Part shown: positions 53,832 through 64,000 of the stretch, in pieces | Layout of the letters: every line of letters begins with the position of its first letter | Numbering within the stretch: the stretch's first letter is position 1 | Assembly (NCBI GenBank): GCA_964035545.1 | Contig: OZ037765.1 | Coordinates: forward strand, 21,266,995-21,330,994 | Source of the DNA: Bugula neritina | Lineage: Eukaryota > Animalia > Bryozoa | Reading direction: 5' to 3' | Length of the DNA stretch: 64,000 bases | Program-made: the position numbers and the translations under genes | Notes under the pieces: model-generated | What the model saw: the letters and a program-made list of their open reading frames with translations, nothing else | What the model was told of the DNA's origin: nothing | Databases searched by the model: none

Positions 53832-54032
53832 GTTCTAGAATAAGTAATTGCCTCATTGAATCGGTAAACAAGTAGAATCTTCTAGCACAGTTTTAATTGG
53901 ATACCACTGTGTTTTATAATTGGTTGAAAAGAGGAAATCCCAAGACTTCCACACGAGGCTAGAAAATACTGCAGCCGTCTAGAACGTTCTTAAATAGTAT
54001 AAAAAGCAATCCCAGCCGTTTTTAGTCATTTA
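53832..54032 (+). promoter_or_regulatory. HSP70 copy 3 promoter (HSEs, TATA at 53998)
   Basis: gTTCtaGAAt, aGAAtcTTCt, cGTCtaGAAcgTTCtt, TATAAAA, TCATTT. Confidence 0.8.
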
Positions 54033-54115
54033 CTGATCGAGCCGAAAAGTAGCTACAACTACCACATTACTACGACTTTCAAGGATATAAACGTCAACTT
54101 TCAACGTATAACAGT

Positions 54116-56559
54116 ATGGGGAAAACAATTGGAATAGATCTTGGAACGACCTACTCCTGTGTCGGAGTATTTCAGCATGGAAAGGTGGAAATTATAGCAA
54201 ACAGTCAAGGTGAGTACAAAGCAGTGCCAATAGTATTACTATTACTATTAGTGCACAAATTAAAAGCATAGCATTATCATAATCACTTACTCTGAAACTC
54301 TGAAATTTCTTAATGGTGATTTTTATGCAAAAATTAAACAACCGTGGGTTTGCAATTTTTATGACTATTAATTTCTCTTGGCCCACTTTTCAATAACTAA
54401 GATATAGCTATTACAGTAATTGTATATAGTTTTATAATGATAATCACTAATAATAAACCAACTTAAAAATAAATCATTGCTGTGCATAGCAATATGTAGA
54501 TGCATAGCATTAAAATAAATTACTTTAGGCCATCAATTCTCGAATTATTGATATGTTACAAAATAATTGTGATACATTTTTTTCCTTTGGTAATTTTTGA
54601 TAAAACTCCTGGCTAGAATATCAAGTATGTCACTATCAGTACTGCCAGTGTCATCTGCTAGTGATAAATAAGATTTACAGAAAACACACTATCCTATCCC
54701 ATATCATTAAATTGAATAGATACACTTATGAGATTTTAATGTAATTTATATTCCTAATTGCAGGAAACCGAACCACTCCAAGTTATGTAGCCTTCACTGA
54801 TTCTGAGAGACTGATAGGAGATGCAGCTAAGAACCAAGTTGCTATGAATCCAACAAATACAGTCTTTGATGCAAAACGATTGATTGGAAGAAAGTTTACT
54901 GATGCTTCTGTGCAAAAAGACATGAAGACATGGCCTTTCAAAGTGATAGATGACAATGGTAAACCAAAGATTCAAGTTGAGCACCTTAATCAAACTAAAG
55001 TACTAACACCTGAAGAAATAAGTTCAATGGTGTTGACAAGTATGAAGGAAACAGCGGAAGCATATCTTGGAGAGAAAGTAACAGATGCTGTAGTCACAGT
55101 TCCTGCTTACTTCAACGATTCTCAAAGACAAGCCACCAAAGATGCAGGAGTGATTGCAGGGCTGAACGTGAAGCGAATTATTAATGAACCAACAGCTGCT
55201 GCATTGGCTTATGGGTTGGATAAGAATCTGAGTGATGAAAAAAATGTGTTGATCTTCGATTTGGGTGGTGGCACATTTGACGTATCAATCTTGAGCATTG
55301 ACGAAGGATCGCTGTTTGAAGTAAAATCCACTGCCGGGAACACACATCTAGGAGGTGAAGATTTTGATGACAAGCTGGTTGAGCACTTCATTAAAGAATT
55401 TCAAAGAAAGCATGGTAAAAATATTAGAGGAAACCCTCGCTCACTCAGACGTCTGAGGACAGCATGTGAAAGGGCAAAGAGAACTCTCTCAAGCAGTGCT
55501 CAAGCAAATATAGAGATAGACTCCATGTTTGAAGGAATAGATTTCTACACCAGCATCACAAGAGCGAGGTTTGAGGAACTTTGTGCTGACTTGTTTCGGG
55601 AGACATTGCAGCCAGTAGAGCAAGCTCTAAGAGATGCCAAGATGTCTAAAGGAGATATACATGAAGTAGTTCTGGTTGGTGGCTCTACTAGAATACCAAA
55701 GATTCAAAAGCTACTGCAAGAGTTCATGGGTGGAAAACAGTTGAACAAGTCTATCAACCCTGATGAGGCAGTAGCTTATGGTGCTGCTGTGCAAGCTGCC
55801 ATTCTTTCTGGTGACCAGCATGAAACCATCAAAGATGTGCTGCTAGTTGATGTAGCAGCTTTGTCTCTTGGCATAGAAACAGCTGGTGGAGTCATGACCA
55901 ATCTCATCGACAGGAACACTCGCATTCCTACCAAGCAGACAAAAGTTTTCACAACATATGCCGACAACCAGCCAGCAGTCACCATACAAGTGTTTGAAGG
56001 AGAAAGATCAATGACAGTCAACAACAACCATCTTGGCAAATTTGATCTATCAGGAATTCCTCCAGCACCCAGAGGTGTTCCACAGGTTGAAGTTACATTT
56101 GACTTGGATGCAAATGGGATTCTCAACGTTTTGGCAGTAGAGAAAGGATCTGGGAAATCCAGCAACATCACCATCACCAATGACAGGGGTAGATTAAGTC
56201 AAGCTGAAATTGATGCGATGTTGGCTGATGCAGAGAAGTTTAAAGCTGAAGATGAGAAACAGAGAAAGCAAGTGCAAGCTAGGAACTCATTGGAAAATCT
56301 TGTGTATCAATACAAGCAAGCTGCTGAAGAAAACGAGTCAAAATTGTCAGCAGACGACTCCAAACTGATAAAGGATGAATGCCAGCAAGTCATAAGTTGG
56401 CTGGACAACAACAACTTGGCAGATGAAGAAGAGTACCAGCACCAGATGTCAGAACTCCAGAAAAAGTGTTCTCCTATCATGTCCAAACTCCACCAATCAG
56501 GAGGAGGTAGCAACCATACAAGTAGCCAATCAGGACCTACAGTTGAAGAAATGGACTAA
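54116..56559 (+). CDS. HSP70: Cytosolic inducible-type HSP70, copy 3, 629 aa; exons 54116-54209, 54764-56559
   Basis: Intact. Differs from copy 2 at three residues in the ORF track (FADA>FTDA, DDRL>DDKL, HDTI>HETI). Confidence 0.97.
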
Positions 56560-59500
56560 TAGCAATGTACACTTTCTCTACTTGGTCATGTGATTTTTTG
56601 CCAGTACTTTTCATTTTTGTGCTTATCATTATGTTCTTCCACCAAAGTTATGTTAGTAATTAGTATAATAAATATGTATATCCTTATGGTATTTTTGTAG
56701 AAAATTTATGTACTCATACCTATTTATTGTGGTTTCTTGTAAGTTGTATATTTTTATAACTATAGTTAATGCAATAGACTATCTTTCAATCGTTAGCTCA
56801 AAGAACAATCAGTTATTCTTGTTATTTATGTAGATACATTTTTGTTTAACAGAAAATCTTTAACAATATTCAATTCTGTATAGTATCATTAGCATATAAA
56901 TAAAAAATAATTTGAAACTCAAAGCTTCAGGAGTAATGTATAAAACAGGTTGTCTAAAAAGTCAGTAAAACAATTAATATAACCTGAAAAATGCTTGTGT
57001 TACTTGTAGCTTTTTACCATAAAGATATCACATTGTAAAAGCTGATAGCAAGACCACACATCTGAATGCCTTGCATACTTCAAAACTGTTGGCTAATGAT
57101 ACATAAAAACAAACTATTGGTATTTAGTTCATAGCTATTTTGTCCAAAGTATATTTATAATGATCATATATATAAAATTAAAAAAATTAATAGTTTCCAA
57201 CAACATCAAATTTAATAATATACCAATCTATAATACCAAGAATCTGTAAGCAACTTCTTTCACTAAATTACTGCTAATTTCTATAATTTGCTCAAATTTT
57301 TTTGACAAATACTTTTTTACTGACTTTCTTTTGATCTGCAAATATGGTGATCAACAGTCTATGCTGCATTTTTTATGTAATTGAGCATGGAAAAGCACAA
57401 CATCAATTAATGTTGAAGTCTTTGTATTAGTTAAAAAAATGGCAACTTTTAACACAAAGTGACAAAATATAAAAGATAATTTTTATACAAGCAACTATGT
57501 TAGTTATATATGAAAGAGAAACTAGTTTTAATGCAAACAATATATAGAAAAACCTGGCAAATAGAACAATCTAATTATCGTTCATTTGGTATATTATATA
57601 AGTTTTATAGCATTATTTTAGGCAACAAAGATGAATTTACATGTATAGGTTACAGGCTAAGTTGTATGCGTTGGAACATGCCGATTAAGAGCATATACAG
57701 TACCTAATTACTGATTTAATGTAAATTCACTGTTACTAATATTATATTATATATACAGTTAACCCTTATGTATAAATAATATTATGGAGAATTTTGAATA
57801 AAATAGTTATTATGCATATTGGGTTTCAGCCAGTGTAAAGCAAGTTGAAGTTGTCTTCCACATTAGAAGTTCTAAAAAATTAAACCCGTTTGGTGAATCT
57901 GCTCAAGTTCTTAGATACAGTAATGACATAACATAACATGACATAACCTGAGTGGAACCGACAGCTGTGCTGAGATATTTAGCGAAAAAGCAAAATGAGA
58001 TTTGAATGAAATTGACTCAAATATTGTGAATAAACTATTAGTAAGCATTTAGCTTGCATCAGTTTTACTACCATGTTTCACCCTACAACAGACATACAAA
58101 TTTCACATGTACAAGTTACAGTATTTTTAATTTTCTCAGAATATTGTTGCAGAAGAAATAATAATATATTATCCTAGTCATATTTGTAGCTGCATATTCA
58201 AATAAGAAAATGTTCCGTGGCTTTATTATAGCATGCAGTCCCCTGCAAATAAAATTTCATTGTTTTGTTAGTGACTTTCAACATAATCATAGTATGCATG
58301 CAAAAACTTGATGCAAGTAATTATATAATAATGAAAACTGCAACCAATGTACTGCTTTCACAACTCACCAACAGCATGTAAGATACAAACCATAGTGTAG
58401 ATTTAATGTGAAATAGTATTCTAGGTGAATAGAGAATTATTAGACTTCTCAAACAATTATGTTATATTTGATATATTGTGCAGATTTGTTGAAGTTCACA
58501 TTTGATATATTATATAAACATCCTGAGTGTTATTGATATATTAATATATTTCAAAGAGAAAATGTGTCTATATGTATATAGCCTCCATGTCAGCAAAGTA
58601 TAAGTCTTAAATCTTGTATCAAGATACTAAATTTTTAAATTGTGCCAAATTAAAAAATAAACATATTACAGATTTTTAAATAAAGATTGAATTTGTGGAA
58701 GTTTTCAAGTTTTAGCACAAGTGAGTTCAAAAAATTTGAGCTAAAACTGAAAAGGTATTAAGAAATTAACAAATTGTATTACAATTTACAGTACAACACA
58801 TAGTTTTAAGTACTATTATACAGTTTCAATACAGTGTGTCAGACACCAATGATAAGTTATTCCTGCACATATTTTATGCAAGATAGTGGCAAGTATCATG
58901 TGAAAGCAACTCCAATAATGCTCATCATGATTATGATGTATGTATGATATACTGTACATGTATTTATTATAATACAAACTGAAAAACATCTGAATGTTAT
59001 ATCAATCTTCATTGTAGCATAAAAGATGCCAATATATATCATTTTTTATCTCAATATGTACAAAGATTGAAAATGAAAATATATATTATAGTAGCATGGG
59101 TGTACAGTGCTGTGAAATATTAATGAAAGCATTTTTGACATCACTCAACACTACCTTTCATGTCCAGGAATCAAGGTTATTGAAGATAGATTTCGAATTA
59201 TTCCAAAGAAATATTAAAAATTTTGCAGTCTATATATAGGCCTGTTGGATATTTTTTTTTCTATTCAGAATGGTAAAATCGATTCTTTTTACTGCAATTT
59301 CTATAAATTGTGTAACTAAGGATAAATATTTTCTAATGCTTATTTGGTTTTATAAAAAGAAAATTTGCAATTATCACTTTGACAGTTGTAAGAGATGCTT
59401 TCCATATTAGACTGGCAAAATATATGGTGTAAGTTGCCTTCTCCTAAATTATTTCCTAATTGTCAACAGTAAAGGATAGGAAATAGGTGAATGATAAATA

Positions 59501-62500
59501 TGTCCCCAAAACTAAAATATGCATCTTTCAAGTTAATAATAACAAACCATGAGAGCCTACTTGGGAAGCCAGTAATCAAACAAACTTACAAAGCAATAAT
59601 AATCAGCTGTTTAGAGTTGGGACCACTGAACTGAAACTATAAGGGGTTATAGTTCAATGGTTGAGGCTTAGGGTCTGGCTTGCACCATCTGTTGCTGCTT
59701 TGGTGCATGTGTGGTTTACAATAACATTAGGGAATTCCCCAGAGACAAATGGCGTATCTTGTTAAATATCTTTGTTATACTTGATTTTCAGTATGAATGC
59801 ACCTTTATTTCAACTCAGCCCTATTAGTTCTCATGGTATATACTGTAGAGTGTAGACTGTAGAGTGTGAGAGACTAGCAAATTGATAGAAATTATAGAAA
59901 CTATACAAAAGTTAGTACTACAAGTAAGGAAAATCATATAAATAATATACAGACATAGATATTTGAAAGCATTAGGAGACAAGCATATCATGTCAGTCGA
60001 GGTAAATTATTCACAAAAATCAGTTAATCTAATCTATCTATATAAGCATGCATAATATATTTGGCAACTTGCACTATAAAAAATGAAGGCTTTAGTCCGG
60101 TCAACATTAGTTTGCCTCACTAAAAGTTTATCCAAATGTAATCAGTCCTATTGCTTAAATTTTTATTTTAATCAAAATATCTCAACCAACAATTCTTTAC
60201 TGCTGCAACCCTTTTTGTCCAATAAAAACATATTAACACTTTAAAAATGTACATTTTGTATTAAAATACAAATAAAGTTAATATTGAAACTATCTGAACA
60301 ATTGAAAGATTTTTCCAGCTGCATTCAAAGCAGTACAATATATTTGAACAGCCTTTACAGCTCCATGGCCATTTTCTCTTCAAACCAAGAAAAAGATTTA
60401 CATATTTTCTCTATGATTCAAAACATATTTTGTCATCCCGCTCTGTATTTCTATAATGCAATCATTAGCTACCCACATAAGCTACATGCTCCGCGGTTAT
60501 ATAATAATTAATATGTCACAGGATCACACTGTTATATCAAATTTTGCTCATTATTTTCAGTTTATTGTAGTATGTTTACTACTTGTTTTGTCAAACAATG
60601 TCTGTCACAAATTAATACAGGTCGACTTTGAATGTTCAATGTCAAGCAGTAAATTAAACCATTTAATAACTCTTGTGAAAAATAAAATTCACTCGAACAA
60701 ATCTAAAGCTTCTTCCTGCATTAACATGATGAACAATTCAATTGCTATTAATGCATTAGCAAATAGAGCATTGATGTTTTGATAACTATTAAAGTGGCAA
60801 CTACTGTGTTATTATTGATTACTCATTGTCATTATACCCATAACATAGCTCTAGTAAATCTCAAGTATGCACGGCACTTGTAGCAGTACTCTTCACCTAG
60901 TAAGAAGTAGTTAATATTGCCTTGCTTGGATAGAGGTAAGTGTTTGTCTATTATACTCTAACTGTAGGAGATTTGATCTCTAGTTTTATCCAGCAATAGG
61001 ATTCTCCACAATATCCAGAAATACATGCTGAAAGTAGTTTATCTTAATTTTGTACTACTTTTTATGAAGTAGGACTGGGTCACTAGGTTATAGAGAGAGG
61101 TACTAGTAGCACTTTTATCCAACAAAATTAGAAGCTTCCTGGCTATACAATAAGAAAGCAGTCCTGTGTCAAGCACCAAGCCAAAAATTATAAATTCTAA
61201 ACTATAAGCAGAAATTCACACCCCTGTACCTACCAATGTTTCATATGATAGTAATAATAATAATGACAATAAAATAACATGACAACACCAACCTGCAAAG
61301 TAATTAACAACCTTGATTAATATGATACTGTAATATAATAACTACATTAAAAATATATTTACTATGCATAAATATAGTTTTAATATTTTTAACCTAAATG
61401 CTTATCTTAGTAACTGTAAGCTTACAAAGTCAAAGCGAAGCTATATAATGTAGATCAAGCCTGTAGGTAAAAATATATATGTATTACTAATACTATTGGT
61501 ATAGCTTACAGTTACATTAATTAGTTATATTTTATAAAATTCAGATCCTTAAAAACAGTAGCAGACTTTTTAGAAAATTCAATATTCATATTTATCTGGT
61601 GTTTGTCCTGAATTTATTTTGTTCCCTGTAAACACTTCCAATGCCTATGTAGTATGTTATGAATATGCCTTCAAAGTTATCAATGTTGAGTAATATATGT
61701 GTATACTAATTCAATTACAATGTATTTGATTTTATTTAAGGGTCTACTTTGTGAAATTTAAATTATAGGCAAAATATTATATTTATGTAAAGGAGTAATA
61801 GTATTAGTATTAATCAGATATTAGTTGCATTTCTAATTAAATTGACTTTTTGCTCTATTTATGAAACACATAACCTCTAAATTTCCAAGAGCTTCGAAGC
61901 CAGATATTATAAAGGTTCATTAAATAAACTTCCGCATTTTTGGTCACGAGGAAATATTGCAAAGAGATTCTATTAAGGAAAGCATAGTATGAGTATTAGT
62001 ATGCTGTTATATTTAGTTAAACTAAAACACAATCACACAACATGTAAATCTTGTTAAGATTATATATAATAATAATCGTCTGGAACATTGCCAAGATGTA
62101 TTGTACAGACATTTAGTGACTAATTTACTGCTATTAGCAGAAACATCATGTGATAGTGATAAAGGTATTCAGTCATTTAAATAGAAATCTAAATGATCTA
62201 TGCCTTTTGCATAGCTGCCTCACTAGTAAGAATAATTATTTTTGCAGTCAAGTTAAACTTTTAGCTTATAATCCAACAGTTTAAAAGCAACTATAAGGAA
62301 ACCATCATGGAAGCAAAATAAATTTAGCTCAAACAATTATAGGTGTATTGTATGCAAATCAATTAATTGTGTAGATATTTATTACTAACAGTATTTTAAT
62401 TATGTGGTTACTGAAGTCAATTATCAATTTTGTGAGCTAGCATAGTCTAAACTTTAGAGGCTAGTGGGCTAATCTCATTTTATTCATGTTTGTTAAGTAT

Positions 62501-62768
62501 GTTTTTATCAGGAAAATATTTTAGAAATGTGGTTACTAGTTTTATTTTGTTTGATAAAACTTCAATTTCAATAAATATAGTTCATTTTTTAATGAAAAGC
62601 TCATATTTAATCCCTGGGCAGCATATCAGAGCTATGAAAATATCTTTGGTATTCGCATTAGAATTTTTGGTATGAACTGGGAAACTGGAATATTGATCCA
62701 GTAGTAGTTGAACAGTTAGTAGCTTAATATACTTTTCTGTACTTATCAGGGTGATTGTAGTAGAGAGC

Positions 62769-63019
62769 ATGAGTGCTGTTCAACTGGACACAGAGAAAGG
62801 GTTTGGACTGGATCCAGAGAAAGGGTGTGAACTAAATACACTTTCAAAGAAAGGGCATGAGCTAAACACAGAGAAAGGGCATGAATCTGATGAACTAGAC
62901 ACAGAGAAAGAGCACAGCTGTGGACAGCAGAAACTTGGAAACAAGCATCGCCTAACAACTTCCTGTGTACAGAGGGCAGGCACAATCGTATCAGAAGGAT
63001 TAGAAAGGTTCTTCTATAA
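62769..63019 (+). CDS. Probable first coding exon of a patched domain-containing (PTCHD3/patched-related) protein; gene continues beyond the window
   Basis: ATG follows a ttgtag acceptor-like site, and the ORF ends at a strong AA|GTGAGT donor. Terminal peptide AGTIVSEGLERFFY resembles, from memory, the LExxFYxxGxxVAxxP segment preceding TM1 of patched-related proteins. No downstream exon is visible to confirm. Confidence 0.4.
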
Positions 63020-64000
63020 GTGAGTGTTATTATAGAGATGTTATCAAAGCTATATCTTACTTGGCGCCTAAAATACTTTTCAGAAAGTTGAATGTCTGGT
63101 GCTATAGCTCTAGAAACAGTAAGTATTTTGTCACATCCTGTCTGCAAAAATGTCACTGTTTGCTTTAGCACTAGAATGAACAGCTAACTTAAATGTCAAT
63201 ATGCATACTTCATATCTAATAATATCTCTGAACAGTACACGCAGTAGATCTGTACTTTTGCGTCCACAAAAAGTAACAATATTATTATTTACGAAGATAA
63301 CATGAAGTATAACAATTGAATATTGTTTTATCTTCAATCTAATCACTCATCAACATCACTCATTAGCCTATTCAGACTATTCCTATGTTTGTGTTATGTT
63401 ACCCATTGTTAGACTAGTAACAATTACAAATAATGCTTAGTTATTCAGTTGACTTTTGACTTATAACAAATCCGCAAATGTATATTGATTTTTGCCGAAC
63501 AAGTAAGATTTGAGAAACGCAAGTAACTGCAATATATTGTCATAAAATCTTGAGTTTATTGATTTTTGTTGGCTTTAATACATTTGATGCTCTGTAACTT
63601 TGTAGATGCATATACAACGAAATTGCCTATTGCAAGCTAACTAAACAAATAATCAATATCCTTTGGGTATTGCGTACACATATGTCCACATGTACATCTG
63701 CTCAGCTATACTATTAATTACTGTGAAGTCTATAATTCATTGTTATATGTCAAGTAGAACAATTTCTGCCAGGGAACTTTTTAGTAACAAAACTTATAAC
63801 AGTCAGTACACTCTCTCAACTTGCCTGAAAAAATTGCATTTGATGGTCTTGTTATATTTTGATAACTGCTAGAGAGATAGGTGACCATATAAGTATCTAG
63901 TAAGTAAGTTTTGGCCAGATTTGCATTGCATTTTACTTTCACATTATTTTGTTGATTGAGACAATACTGCATCCTTTAGGTTTGGCTATGCTATTGCTAG

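Larger units (their letters stand above)
28186..57546 (+). repeat. Tandem segmental triplication, ~5.6-kb unit (unit 1 ~28186-34880, unit 2 ~34881-51934, unit 3 ~51935-57546)
   Basis: The same ordered blocks recur three times: XPF intron-1 fragment 'ataataacatgattgaataa' at 28201/34897/51951, XPF exon 1, RLE fossil, HSE promoter, HSP70, 3' flank. HSP70 ATG spacing of copies 2-3 is 5628 bp. Units 1 and 2 are longer only by their insertions. Confidence 0.93.

Overview
AT-rich, intron-containing eukaryotic DNA from an invertebrate animal (lophotrochozoan-like, by inference only). Left to right: (1) a dve/Compass (SATB-related) double-homeodomain gene on +; (2) ABT1/ESF2 on -; (3) ERCC4/XPF on - (~17 coding exons); (4) three tandem ~5.6-kb units, each carrying XPF coding exon 1, a fossil RLE-type retrotransposon end, an HSE/TATA promoter and a one-intron inducible-type HSP70 (copy 1 has a 2-nt frameshift); (5) a probable first exon of a patched-related gene at the far right. 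Unit 1 carries a 1.1-kb foldback MITE. Unit 2 carries 11.4 kb of insertions. The largest is a complete 9.2-kb ISL2EU-type (PIF/Harbinger group) DNA transposon with ~1.07-kb near-identical terminal inverted repeats and an AT target duplication. It holds two divergent spliced genes: a THAP-HTH-DDE transposase and an intact SAP-SWIM-YqaJ (lambda-exonuclease-fold) nuclease. Next to it is a solo-LTR-like element interrupted by a non-autonomous hAT that contains a perfect 90-bp palindrome. The uninterrupted unit 3 acts as an internal empty-site control for these insertion boundaries. All comparisons were made by eye; no searches were run.
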